From Minisyncoccota bacterium (GTDB taxonomy: Bacteria > Patescibacteriota > Minisyncoccia > Phycocordibacterales > UBA9973): DNA of 64,000 nt. Of this stretch, positions 17,890 through 27,977 are shown piece after piece (the stretch's first letter is position 1; each line of letters opens with the position of its first letter). The notes beneath the pieces are model-generated. The model ran no database searches. It was not told the origin of the DNA and was given only the letters and a program-made list of their open reading frames with translations. The position numbers and the translations under genes are program-made. Where the stretch lies: the NCBI GenBank assembly GCA_031413715.1, contig JANOFO010000011.1, forward strand, positions 18,903 through 82,902, in the 5' to 3' direction.

Positions 17890-19047
17890 ATGAAACAAAT
17901 AAAGTACATTCCTTTTCACAAACCGACAATACCGAAAGAAGTTATAAAATCAATAACGGACTCCTTGGATTCTGGTTGGATAACTACCGGGCCGAAAGTG
18001 AAGCAATTCGAAAATGAACTCTCGACAATAATAGGGAAAAAAGATATCGTTGCAACTTCTTCTTGCACTGCTGCACTCCATACGGCATATGCGATGCTTA
18101 ATCTCCATAAAGGAGATGAAGTTATAGTGCCCAGCTTTACTTTTTGCTCAACGATAAATATGCTCGTTAACCTTGGTGTGGCTGCCGTTTTTGCTGATAT
18201 CAATGAAAACTCCTACTGTATAGATCCTAAAGATATCGAACATCGTATAACAAAAAAGACAAAAGCGATTGTTGTTGTTCATTATGCTGGTATGCCGGCA
18301 GATATGTCTTACATCAATAAAATCGCAAAGAAGCATAAGCTTTTTGTTATAGAAGATGCGGCTCATGCATTTTCTACTATTTATAAAGGACGCCCTATTG
18401 GAGCAGGTAAAAATATTACATGCTTCAGTTTCTATGCTACAAAAAACTTTACCACTGCCGAAGGTGGAGCTCTCGTATGTCAAAACAAAAAACAAGAGAA
18501 TCAAGCTCGTTTATTTATAAATCATGGTATCTCAAAAAATGCCACCACAAGATATACCCAAGGAGGAACATACAAGTATGATGTAATCTTCCCAGGGTAT
18601 AAATATAATCTGTCTGACATTCATGCATCAATTGGACTCTGTCAGCTTCCTTATAAAGGAATATTCCAACAAAAGAGATTAAGAGTTGTGAAAAAATATA
18701 GAAAGGGTCTGGGAATAAACAAAGATTTGATTCTTCCGATTGATCCTCCGTATAAAGATTCAGTGCATGCATGGCACTTGTTTACCATAGAGGTTCTTTC
18801 GACTTCAAAATGTACAAGGGATGAATTATTCTCTTTCCTTATGAGTAACAAGGTGGGTGCCAGTGTGCATTATATTCCTAACCATTTACAGTCATTTTAT
18901 CGGAATCAAAAAGTAGTCTTACCGGTTACCGAGAAAATTGCCGCCCGTATTATTTCCTTACCTTTATATGAATCGCTGAAGGATGAGGATATAAATCGAA
19001 TTATTAAATTAGTAAATTATGCTACGAAATATGGAATCAAGCAATAA
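17890..19047 (+). CDS. DegT/DnrJ/EryC1/StrS sugar aminotransferase
   Basis: SGWITTGP..SSCTAALH..IEDAAHA..FSFYATKNFTTAEGG..GYKYN. Confidence 0.95.
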   Translation: MKQIKYIPFHKPTIPKEVIKSITDSLDSGWITTGPKVKQFENELSTIIGKKDIVATSSCTAALHTAYAMLNLHKGDEVIVPSFTFCSTINMLVNLGVAAVFADINENSYCIDPKDIEHRITKKTKAIVVVHYAGMPADMSYINKIAKKHKLFVIEDAAHAFSTIYKGRPIGAGKNITCFSFYATKNFTTAEGGALVCQNKKQENQARLFINHGISKNATTRYTQGGTYKYDVIFPGYKYNLSDIHASIGLCQLPYKGIFQQKRLRVVKKYRKGLGINKDLILPIDPPYKDSVHAWHLFTIEVLSTSKCTRDELFSFLMSNKVGASVHYIPNHLQSFYRNQKVVLPVTEKIAARIISLPLYESLKDEDINRIIKLVNYATKYGIKQ

Positions 19048-19948
19048 GAAGATTGTAATCACAGGGGTTTCAGGATTTATTGGCAAGAATCTAGCAAAGC
19101 ATCTCAAACTTAGAGGTTATGAGATAATAGGGATAGACATTGCAGGTACGGGCGAGAGCTGTAGTACATTTTATCTAGGTAGTTTTAATGATGAGAGTAT
19201 CACTAGTATCGCCTTAAAAGAGGCTCATGCCGTATTTCATTTAGGAGCTATTGTAGGTGTTGATAGATGTCAGGATAATCCAGATTTAGTAAGACAAGTA
19301 AATTTTACACAAACGGTATTATTTTTAGACAGATGCGTAGAGCTAGGGATAAAAAAACTGATATTTTCTTCCTCATCTGAAGTATATGGTAACTCTAAAG
19401 ATCTCCCGTACAGAGAAGATACCGCTGTTTCTCCTATTTCTTTATATGCAAAATGCAAAAGAGATACTGAAATACACCTAGAAGTCTTGTCAAAATCTAG
19501 AGGTATGCAAGTATGTATTCCACGCTTCTTTAACGTATATGGACCTGGCCAAAGGTCCGACTTTGTAGTAACAAAATTCATCAATCTGGTAAAGACTAAT
19601 AAAAATATTGAAATATACGGGAATGGCCTTCAGACAAGAAGTCATACATTCATTGACGATGTGGTCAATGCTTTAGAAAAAATGATTACTTACAATGAAA
19701 CCCCATATGAAATTTTCAATGTAGGAAGTACTTTCGAATATACAATGAATGATGTAGCGAAAATAATCTTAGAATTTTTCCCCGATTCAAAATCAGAGGT
19801 TTTACATGTGGAGTATGGTTCAAATGGAACACGTGATATCTCTCTTGAAATTGACAGGAGAGTTCCCTCCATTCAAAAGACAGAAAATAAATTTTCTTTT
19901 AAAGCAAAAATTGATTTAAAAGAAGGAATTCAAAAGATGATTAGATAA
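19031..19948 (+). CDS. NAD-dependent epimerase/dehydratase
   Basis: TGVSGFIG, SSSEVYG, YAKCK, RFFNVYGP. Confidence 0.93.
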   Translation: MESSNKKIVITGVSGFIGKNLAKHLKLRGYEIIGIDIAGTGESCSTFYLGSFNDESITSIALKEAHAVFHLGAIVGVDRCQDNPDLVRQVNFTQTVLFLDRCVELGIKKLIFSSSSEVYGNSKDLPYREDTAVSPISLYAKCKRDTEIHLEVLSKSRGMQVCIPRFFNVYGPGQRSDFVVTKFINLVKTNKNIEIYGNGLQTRSHTFIDDVVNALEKMITYNETPYEIFNVGSTFEYTMNDVAKIILEFFPDSKSEVLHVEYGSNGTRDISLEIDRRVPSIQKTENKFSFKAKIDLKEGIQKMIR

Positions 19949-19960
19949 AAAAGTAAATAT

Positions 19961-22045
19961 ATGGAGAATGACTACAGATATATACCCATAAAAAGAGGTT
20001 TAATTACTCAACTTTATCCTTGGAACTTCTGGTACATTGATTTTTTGACACTTTTTCCTTTTCTATATATTAATAAATCTAAAAAAGACAAAATCCTCCA
20101 AGATTTAAAATATTTTTATCACACTGACAATATCTTTTTTCTTGATTCTGGTAAAAGTGCTCTCGTTACCTCAATGAAAGCTCTAGGTATAAAGGAAGGA
20201 AATGAAGTATACATCCAATCTTTTGTGTGTACTGATGTTGTGGATGCAATAATAATGACAGGAGCTCAACCTGTATTGATAGATTGTACTGATAACTTAT
20301 TGATTAATGCTAGTGATTTCGAGAAAAAAATTACTAGCAAAGGAAAATGTCTAGTGATTACAAATACTTATGGCTACGTTGAAAAAAGCGAGATATACCA
20401 AATAGCACGTAAGTATAATTTAAAAGTTATAGATGATTGTGCACAATTAGCAGAAATTAAGAAAGATTTCTCGACACAGAAAAAAGCTGATTTCTCAGTA
20501 TACAGCGTCGGCACTCAAAAACTATTCGCTACTACAGGAGGAGGAATTATAACTACAAATCAAAAAGAGCTTGCCGAGAGTGTCAATTTTACGATGCCGA
20601 ATCAGATTATTTCATATACTTCGCTTGTACGTAAATTGATATTGCGCTTAAGCTATTCATTTAAATTCTTATTACTACGGATCCAGGATTATATCAAGAT
20701 AAAAGTAATACATATCGCAAAAGAAAAAACGCCTTACGATCATCAAGATCCAGAATCTATACGGCCAAAAAAAATGAATATCCGAACGATATACTCCTTA
20801 TACTTGAAAAGTGTACGAAGTAATTCTCACCGCGACAAAACCAGACAAAACATTAAAACTCTAAATGATTATCTTAAGAAATTTGAGTGGATAAAACTAC
20901 CTCAAAGGGAGCATAATGATACTGTCCTATATTACACGATAACTGTTGCTAATGAAATCAGATACAAGCTTGGCGAATATCTAAGTAAGTACGGATTCCA
21001 ATCAACATGGAATTACATGCCGGTAAATTGGTATATGGCATATAAGAAGTATAGAGGTGAAACACCTAATTCTTTTTATCTATCGGGGAAAGTGCTTTCC
21101 CTTCCATTTAGAGATTTGTCAGACTTAAATATAAAAGAGATGATTTCTGTAATAGATAAATTTGAAAAGACAATCCTAAATTCAAAAGAGATAAAAGAAT
21201 TAACCATTAAGGACTGGTACTCAAGAACAGTAGGTTTATCAGGATATACATTTTTTTCTTCTATGGAATGGGTTTCTCTCACTGCAGAAATATTCAATCT
21301 TACCAATCATTTCCTTGTTATATCAGATAGTGGGGCTCTTATTTACACTATCGTCCAAGTTGATAAAAACGGTTTAGGTTATTCAACTTTTATTGGATAT
21401 GGAGGATTAATTACCGACAATATTATTTCTGATACTTTGACCAAGCGGATTTATCGCCTGATTGAGGATTATTTGCGGTTAAAGATAATTAGAATAAAGG
21501 ACTCTCCATTTATAGAAAAAACATCATGTGATGCAAATACAAAAAATACATCTGCAATAAAAATAGATACGGGATACGTACCTAATAAGAATATTAGGTA
21601 CTTCCTAAAAAAAGTAAATTATAATGTAGTCAGTATAAGAAAACTGGAGAGTAATGAGATTGATTCAATGTATGATTTATATCTAGATACCTCACTGCGC
21701 GTAAAAAGTGCTTACACAACACCAAAAGAGCTTTTTAAGTCTATGTTTACAATGAAAGACGTTTACATCCTTGGAGGATTTGATGAGAAGCAGAAACTTC
21801 ATGCCGCAAGCATTTTTATGTACGATAATCAGACGATGTATTATTGGTGGAATATGTCAGATGATATTGCCAAGAAAGAATACTATAATTATGCACTCAT
21901 ATATCATGCTATCGAACTAGCTGTTCAACAAAAACTAAATTGGTTTGACATGGCAACTTCACATTCTGAAACTTTAAAAGTATTTAAAAAATCTTGGGGA
22001 GCTATTGATGTACCGTTTCTTAGTCTTGAGGCCGAGGAGAAATAA
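19961..22045 (+). CDS. Fusion of a DegT-family PLP aminotransferase and a FemAB-like GNAT domain
   Basis: SGKSAL..IDDCAQ..SVGTQK.ATTGGG in the N-half; C-terminal YYWWN..NYALIYHAIE..WFDM..LKVFKKSWGA. Confidence 0.75.
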   Translation: MENDYRYIPIKRGLITQLYPWNFWYIDFLTLFPFLYINKSKKDKILQDLKYFYHTDNIFFLDSGKSALVTSMKALGIKEGNEVYIQSFVCTDVVDAIIMTGAQPVLIDCTDNLLINASDFEKKITSKGKCLVITNTYGYVEKSEIYQIARKYNLKVIDDCAQLAEIKKDFSTQKKADFSVYSVGTQKLFATTGGGIITTNQKELAESVNFTMPNQIISYTSLVRKLILRLSYSFKFLLLRIQDYIKIKVIHIAKEKTPYDHQDPESIRPKKMNIRTIYSLYLKSVRSNSHRDKTRQNIKTLNDYLKKFEWIKLPQREHNDTVLYYTITVANEIRYKLGEYLSKYGFQSTWNYMPVNWYMAYKKYRGETPNSFYLSGKVLSLPFRDLSDLNIKEMISVIDKFEKTILNSKEIKELTIKDWYSRTVGLSGYTFFSSMEWVSLTAEIFNLTNHFLVISDSGALIYTIVQVDKNGLGYSTFIGYGGLITDNIISDTLTKRIYRLIEDYLRLKIIRIKDSPFIEKTSCDANTKNTSAIKIDTGYVPNKNIRYFLKKVNYNVVSIRKLESNEIDSMYDLYLDTSLRVKSAYTTPKELFKSMFTMKDVYILGGFDEKQKLHAASIFMYDNQTMYYWWNMSDDIAKKEYYNYALIYHAIELAVQQKLNWFDMATSHSETLKVFKKSWGAIDVPFLSLEAEEK

Positions 22046-22946
22046 TATAATTTTTATTGAGCCAATCTACAGTTTTATTAAAGTTTATACGCTTACTATA
22101 ATCCTCTTCTCTTATTTCGAGAGTCAAGAGTCTATCTTTATCATCGTTTTTCATGATATGAAGAAATTCTACGAGTTCTTCTTCAAGAAGGAGCCCTTGA
22201 TTAGGAACAACACCTTCATAACAATCAATATACGTATGAGGAAAAGTTAATACCTTAAAAGAACTCAGATGTAAGTGCTGAATCAAATTCTTAATTTGAT
22301 TCATATCGTTAAAATTGACATTTTTAGTTGTAGAAATATAAGGATGTATGTTACTGACAGCTTTTATAAATTCACAAGTAAAACCCCAGTGACAAAGATC
22401 TAATGTTACAGCAATATTCTTTAAATCCTTAATAAAAGTAAAGTCTTCTGGAAAGATAAATATGGAATCAAAATCGGAACCATCATTGCCGATGATGGGC
22501 ATATTTTCAAGGCAGATTTTAACATTCAAATTTTTATCACTTATATAGTTGTCTAAATCTTTTATTAAAGAGATATATTTATTCCTCATGTCAGAAATCT
22601 GAGCCTTCAAATGAAGATTGAGTGGAATAATCGCATTCGAATGAAGAACAAGTATAGGAATACCAGCCTCCGAACAAATGTTTATCGCCCTGAGCAATCC
22701 ATTGTAGTTGTCTTTATTTTCAAGATAACTTGCATTGTCTGTTGGAAAATGCAGAGAATTAACTATCCCTTTTTTGATAGTTTGAAGTCCCACTATTTCT
22801 TGAGTAAGTTTCTTAAGGGACTCATCTGTAAGGAGTTGGTTGATATCAAATACATTAGCCTCTATTTTAAAATCATTCAGGAGTATATATTTTAAAGGAA
22901 TTTGCTCAAGTGAACCTGTTTTATATGGGATAGAAATAGTAAGCAT
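22020..22946 (-). CDS. Sugar-phosphate isomerase/epimerase (AP endonuclease 2-type TIM barrel)
   Basis: SLHFP..LVLHS..ICLENMP..TLDLCH..HLHLS..LTLE. Confidence 0.8.
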   Translation of the reverse strand: MLTISIPYKTGSLEQIPLKYILLNDFKIEANVFDINQLLTDESLKKLTQEIVGLQTIKKGIVNSLHFPTDNASYLENKDNYNGLLRAINICSEAGIPILVLHSNAIIPLNLHLKAQISDMRNKYISLIKDLDNYISDKNLNVKICLENMPIIGNDGSDFDSIFIFPEDFTFIKDLKNIAVTLDLCHWGFTCEFIKAVSNIHPYISTTKNVNFNDMNQIKNLIQHLHLSSFKVLTFPHTYIDCYEGVVPNQGLLLEEELVEFLHIMKNDDKDRLLTLEIREEDYSKRINFNKTVDWLNKNYIISPRPQD

Positions 22947-22947
22947 C

Positions 22948-23631
22948 TTAAGTTATTTTTCTAAAACAATAAAAAGCTTCGCGCGCAGAAGTATTATTTT
23001 TTGCTCCCCAAAGAAGAGCATTATATCGTATGGCTTCAATAGAGCGAGGATGAGGAAAATCTCTGACCTCAGACACATATGCGCTCATTGCCTTAAGTTT
23101 AGTTTCAAGATGATGACTAATGTCAATAAATACATTCGGAATAAAGAACCTTTGCGGAACAGGTCCAGACATTTCAGTCGAAGATAGTGTTTCGAATAGA
23201 TATATTTCCTTAACAAAAGGAGCTTCGATCGTTCGGGTGGCAGTAATCACCGCCTCGAAGGTTAATCGATGATCAATATTTAAATCACCAAAATGATGTG
23301 TGTACACTACCTCTGGGGTATTTAGTTTTATATATTCACTTATATTTTTTATAATATCCAGTAACGGAATAGTGTCAAATCTATTATCAGGTAGCGCTAA
23401 ATACTTATAATCTTTTATACCGATAATAGAAAGCGCTTTTGCAGTTTCAGTGGTGACTAGAGCCTCCATCTCATCAGTAAGTTTAGAATACTCTTTTTGT
23501 TGAGAACTCTTACCATCTCCCAGGATTAAGACCGACACAAAATCTCCGTTTGCCACATGTCTTGCCAAAGTTCCACCTACACCTATAATTTCATCATCTG
23601 GATGAGCTACGATAGCCATAATCTTTCTCAT
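22948..23631 (-). CDS. PIG-L/LmbE family deacetylase
   Basis: VAHPDDE..LPDNRFD..THHFGDLNIDH..AYVSEVRDFPHPRS. Confidence 0.92.
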   Translation of the reverse strand: MRKIMAIVAHPDDEIIGVGGTLARHVANGDFVSVLILGDGKSSQQKEYSKLTDEMEALVTTETAKALSIIGIKDYKYLALPDNRFDTIPLLDIIKNISEYIKLNTPEVVYTHHFGDLNIDHRLTFEAVITATRTIEAPFVKEIYLFETLSSTEMSGPVPQRFFIPNVFIDISHHLETKLKAMSAYVSEVRDFPHPRSIEAIRYNALLWGAKNNTSAREAFYCFRKIT

Positions 23632-23758
23632 ATGGAGGATGATATCATCTTTTAACAAAACGAGGTAGTCAGTAAAAGTAGCTCTTATAGACCAGTAAGA
23701 TGAATGAAAATTCAATCATTTATAAAGATAACTACGCAAAATTTAATTTTGATATCGT

Positions 23759-24157
23759 TTATATAGTTAACACTTTGTCTCTTATTGTTAAAGGGAGTAG
23801 ATTAATATTTTTAATGTTATCTTTTTTTGTAAGAAAAATGGAGTAGCCAAAACTTTCTTTTGTTCCTTCCATAAACTTCTTATCCTCACCACCCCCAAGT
23901 CTTCCAGATAACAAAGTACACGTATAGAAGAATTCCTTTATATTATTAACATAATCATAAAATTCAAATAAAAGCTTGTCTACAGATACTTCTATCCCCA
24001 ATTCTTCTTGAAGTTCCCGAGCACAAGCTTCTTCACTGGTCTCCCCAAGCTCAATAGAACCCCCGGGGAAAACATAATAAACTTGGTTATCCTTTTCGCG
24101 TTTAATAAGTACTATTTGATTATCTATAAAAAGAATCGCCCGTGATTTATTTTTCAT
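23759..24157 (-). CDS. NUDIX hydrolase
   Basis: FPGGSIELGETSEEACARELQEELG. Confidence 0.92.
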   Translation of the reverse strand: MKNKSRAILFIDNQIVLIKREKDNQVYYVFPGGSIELGETSEEACARELQEELGIEVSVDKLLFEFYDYVNNIKEFFYTCTLLSGRLGGGEDKKFMEGTKESFGYSIFLTKKDNIKNINLLPLTIRDKVLTI

Positions 24158-24296
24158 ATATTTCTTTTAATTTCAATAACCGCTTTGAAGAAAAAGAACA
24201 GTATTATGAGTATACCAAAAATCCATTGACGAGACAGCTCCTATATAGTAGTATTCATATATTAGTCCGTTCTGTCCGAACAGGGCTTTTATTTTA

Positions 24297-24329
24297 CCCT
24301 CCTTCGCATAAAGCTACGGAAGGGCGAAG
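24297..24329. repeat. CGTAGC..GCGAAG-type miniature hairpin element
   Basis: CCCTCCTTCGCATAAAGCTACGGAAGGGCGAAG in the nusA leader; related copy at about 50045. Confidence 0.5.
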
Positions 24330-24358
24330 AAAATTTAATAATAAGTAAAATTAAATAT

Positions 24359-25591
24359 ATGTTAGACCTCAAAACAATGAAATCTGCCCTCGAGCAGCTT
24401 GAGACAGAAAGAAAAATACCTCGTGCCAAGATTATCGATGCTATTGAGCAGGCACTTGCTGCCGCCTACAAGAAAGATTACGGCAAAAAAGGCCAGATCG
24501 TCCGCGCCACTATCGATATCGAATCTGGAAAAATGGAATTCTGGCAAGTGAAGATCGTCGTAGACGATAGCCTCGTCCGCATGACGACTGATGATGAAGA
24601 TGCCGAAGAAGAAATCGCCGAAGATGATGAACGAGTGCGATTTAATGAAGAACATCACATTCTTCTTACCGATGCCAAGAAAATAAAAAGCGATGCCAAA
24701 CTTGAAGAAGAAATAATTTTCCCACTTGAAGCAAAAGACGATTACGGCCGTATTGCTGCCCAGACAGCCAAGCAAGTTATCATCCAGAAAATCCGCGAAG
24801 CGGAACGCGGTGCTATTATCGATGAGTACGGTAGCAAAGAAGGCGAGATCGTCAACGGCTTCGTCCAGAAAATGGAACGTGGCATTGTCTATATAGACTT
24901 CAACCGCGCAACGGGCATCATCTTGCCTGAAGAGCAAATCCCAGGAGAGTTTTATAAAAGGGGTGAACGTATTCGCGCATACCTTTACTCCGTCGAAGAA
25001 ACTCCGCGTGGAGTCAATCTTAAACTTTCTCGTACTCATCCTCAGCTTATCGAAGGACTCTTTGCCATGGAAGCTCCAGAAATTGCATCAGGTGTCGTAG
25101 AGATCAAAGCCATTGCCCGCGAAGCAGGATCACGATCCAAGATCGCAGTCTACTCAAATGATGAACATGTCGATCCAGTCGGATCGTGTGTCGGACAGAA
25201 AGGTATCCGCGTCACGACAGTCATGAGCGAGCTCAACGGAGAAAAAATCGATATCATTCCATGGTCTGCCGACATCTCTCACTTTATCTCAAGCGCTCTC
25301 TCCCCTGCGCATGCGCTCGACATCCAAGTCAATGAAGAAGAGCATAAAGCTATTGTCGAAGTAGCTGCAGATCAGCTTTCACTCGCGATCGGCAAGGGTG
25401 GGCAGAATGTCCGCCTTGCCGCAAAGCTCACAGGCTGGAGAATCGACATCAAAGGCATCGAAGGTGAAGTAATATCGAGCGATGATGCGGATGGAGACAA
25501 GAAGAGTGATATAATAAAAGAAGATGCTGATGAAGTTTCTCTCGACGAAGGTTTAGTCGACGATGGGACAGGAACAGCAACTAGTGCCTAG
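24359..25591 (+). CDS. nusA: Transcription termination/antitermination factor NusA
   Basis: GRIAAQTAKQVI..AREAGSRSKIAV..SLAIGKGGQNVRLAAKLTGWRIDI. Confidence 0.98.
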   Translation: MLDLKTMKSALEQLETERKIPRAKIIDAIEQALAAAYKKDYGKKGQIVRATIDIESGKMEFWQVKIVVDDSLVRMTTDDEDAEEEIAEDDERVRFNEEHHILLTDAKKIKSDAKLEEEIIFPLEAKDDYGRIAAQTAKQVIIQKIREAERGAIIDEYGSKEGEIVNGFVQKMERGIVYIDFNRATGIILPEEQIPGEFYKRGERIRAYLYSVEETPRGVNLKLSRTHPQLIEGLFAMEAPEIASGVVEIKAIAREAGSRSKIAVYSNDEHVDPVGSCVGQKGIRVTTVMSELNGEKIDIIPWSADISHFISSALSPAHALDIQVNEEEHKAIVEVAADQLSLAIGKGGQNVRLAAKLTGWRIDIKGIEGEVISSDDADGDKKSDIIKEDADEVSLDEGLVDDGTGTATSA

Positions 25592-25668
25592 CTTCTAGGG
25601 ACTAGTGTTGAAAAATTACAAAAATTAATTTCACTAGTTGCTAGCTCCTAGCTCCTAGTACCTAAAAC
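25581..25668. repeat. Heptameric CTAG-periodic array C
   Basis: ctagtgc ctagctt ctaggga ctagtgt ... ctagttg ctagctc ctagctc ctagtac ctaaaac. Confidence 0.7.
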
Positions 25669-25670
25669 TT

Positions 25671-26216
25671 ATGAATCTATGGCACGACGTTTCAATTGGT
25701 AAAAATGTTCCGAATGAATTCAATTGTATAGTTGAAATCTCAAAGGGATCACACAATAAATACGAGATAGATAAAGAGACTGGTATGATTGCTCTTGATC
25801 GCGCAAATTATAATTCTGCTCCCTATCCTTTTGACTATGCGTTTGTTCCACAAACTCTCTGGGAAGACGGTGACGCGCTTGATGTAGTTATTCTTTCTAC
25901 GTTTCCACTTAACATCGGAATACTTGTAGCTGTTCGACCTGTAGCAATAATGGATATGAATGATTCTGGAGATTCTGATGCAAAGATAATTGCAGTTCCA
26001 ATTAACGATAAGCGCTTTGAGGATATCCAAGATATAACTGATCTCAATAAACACATGCTAAAGGAATACGCACATTTCTTTGAAACGTATAAAATACTCA
26101 AGGGTAAAACTCCTGAACAATATCCTGTAACTGTTTCAGGATATAAAGGAAAGAAAGAAGCAATGGAAGCTATTGCAAAATCCCAAGAACTTTATAAAGA
26201 AAAGTTCAGTAAGTAA
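25671..26216 (+). CDS. ppa: Inorganic pyrophosphatase, family I
   Basis: NKYEIDK..LDR..YPFDY..EDGDALD..DSGDSDAKII..FFETYK. Confidence 0.96.
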   Translation: MNLWHDVSIGKNVPNEFNCIVEISKGSHNKYEIDKETGMIALDRANYNSAPYPFDYAFVPQTLWEDGDALDVVILSTFPLNIGILVAVRPVAIMDMNDSGDSDAKIIAVPINDKRFEDIQDITDLNKHMLKEYAHFFETYKILKGKTPEQYPVTVSGYKGKKEAMEAIAKSQELYKEKFSK

Positions 26217-26217
26217 T

Positions 26218-26802
26218 ATGCGTAAGATGATTCAAAATGGCGAACCTCATATAATCTCCGAGGGTAAGCTTGGAGCTATCGTTGGATTCCCAATGCTCGT
26301 TGACTCCGGTAATGGTCATATAGAAAAAACATTTGAAAGATTTGTGAGACCACCAGGCACTAGAATTATCGCGATTAGAGATAAAAAAATATTCCTTCAG
26401 AAAGAACATCGTTTAGAAACAAAAAATGAATTCGATTGGAGGTTGCCAGGAGGTAAAGTTGTAGATAGTTTTATAGAATATAAAAATTATCTCGGCAAGG
26501 AAATGCCTGAAAGTATGATCATAGAAGCAGGAAGACGAGAACTCCGAGAAGAAGCGAAACTTGACTCAAATTCAATAAAAGTTCTAAAGAAATCTTCTTG
26601 TGGCGCATCGGTTGAATGGGATCTTTATTATCTGATCGCTGAAAATATTACAGAACACGTGAATGACCATAACGAAGGAGAGGAAATCATAGATGGAAAA
26701 TGGTTCTCTTATGACAAAATAATAAAAATGTGTTTATCTGGGGAAATAGATGAAGATAGAACAGTAGCAACATTATATCAATATATAGAATCAAATAAGT
26801 AA
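26218..26802 (+). CDS. NUDIX hydrolase (ADP-ribose pyrophosphatase-like)
   Basis: WRLPGGK..AGRRELREEA. Confidence 0.8.
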   Translation: MRKMIQNGEPHIISEGKLGAIVGFPMLVDSGNGHIEKTFERFVRPPGTRIIAIRDKKIFLQKEHRLETKNEFDWRLPGGKVVDSFIEYKNYLGKEMPESMIIEAGRRELREEAKLDSNSIKVLKKSSCGASVEWDLYYLIAENITEHVNDHNEGEEIIDGKWFSYDKIIKMCLSGEIDEDRTVATLYQYIESNK

Positions 26803-26803
26803 T

Positions 26804-27907
26804 ATGAAAACGACAATCAAAAAACTTGATAGAAGCGAGGTTGAGATATTGGGCGTTCTAAGTTGGGATGATTTTTCTAAATATGAAGATAAAGCTCTAA
26901 ATAAAATTAGCGAGCGATTAGAGCTACCTGGATTCCGCAAGGGCAAAGCGCCAGCAAACATTGTGAAGGAGAAAGTTACCGACATGATGATCCTAGAAGA
27001 AATGGCGGAGCTTGCACTTCATGATAAATATCAGAGTATCATTGAAGACAACGAGCTTGATGCAATCGGCCGACCACAGATAGCAATCACAAAGATTGCC
27101 AGAGGTTCTGATTTGGAATTCAAAATCGTAACGGCAGTGCTTCCAGAAATGAAACTCCCTGATTATAAAAAACTTGCAAAGACTAGTAGGGAGAAAAATC
27201 CAATCAAAGAAATCACTGTTGATGAAGCTGAAGTAGAGAAGACAATTCTTGAACTTCGTAAAATGAGAGCTTCCGCCGACACTAAAAAAGTTATGGCGGA
27301 CGAGCATCAAGCTATGCACGATAAAGGAATAGAGCATGACCACGATGTCAATAAAGACCTACTCGCCGAATCGCAAGCGGAGGAGGGACAATTGCCAGAA
27401 GCAGACGACGAATTTGCAAAAACATTTGGCGATTTTGCATCTATGGAAGCTTTCAAGGATAAAATTCGCAACAATATGAAAATAGAAAAGGAAACAGTAG
27501 AGAAGGATAAACTGCGCCTTTCTATTGTAGAAGAACTTTTAAAAGAAACTTCAGGCGATATTCCCGAGATATTGATTGAGAGTGAGACAGATAAAATTCT
27601 ATATCGCTTGCAAGCTGATATTACGAATGCAGGATTAAAATTTGAAGATTATTTGGTGCAGATAAGTAAAACAGAAGAAGATCTGCGAAAAGAATGGCGC
27701 ACTGATGCAGAAAAGAGAGCGAAACTTCAGATGATCATCCATACTATCTCAGTAAAGGAAAGTTTGAAGCCAAGTGAAGAAGAAATTGAAAAAGAAGTAA
27801 ACAATATAGTCACTATGTACAAAGATGCCGATCCCATGCGCGCTCGTGCCTATGTCGAGAACATGCTCGAGAATGAGAAAGTGTTTACATTTTTAGAAGC
27901 TCAATAA
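26804..27907 (+). CDS. tig: Trigger factor, apparently lacking the FKBP domain
   Basis: PGFRKGKAP ribosome-binding loop; 367 aa with a His/acidic linker in place of the PPIase domain; upstream of clpP. Confidence 0.93.
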   Translation: MKTTIKKLDRSEVEILGVLSWDDFSKYEDKALNKISERLELPGFRKGKAPANIVKEKVTDMMILEEMAELALHDKYQSIIEDNELDAIGRPQIAITKIARGSDLEFKIVTAVLPEMKLPDYKKLAKTSREKNPIKEITVDEAEVEKTILELRKMRASADTKKVMADEHQAMHDKGIEHDHDVNKDLLAESQAEEGQLPEADDEFAKTFGDFASMEAFKDKIRNNMKIEKETVEKDKLRLSIVEELLKETSGDIPEILIESETDKILYRLQADITNAGLKFEDYLVQISKTEEDLRKEWRTDAEKRAKLQMIIHTISVKESLKPSEEEIEKEVNNIVTMYKDADPMRARAYVENMLENEKVFTFLEAQ

Positions 27908-27912
27908 TTCTT

Positions 27913-27962
27913 GCCCCGTTGAAAGTTTCATGAGCATTCGTTATAAAACTTTCCTATGGGGT
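27913..27962. repeat. Miniature CCCCG...GGGG palindrome
   Basis: GCCCCGTTGAAAGTTT..AAACTTTCCTATGGGGT abutting the clpP -10 box. Confidence 0.5.
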
Positions 27963-27977
27963 GCTATAATAAACAAT

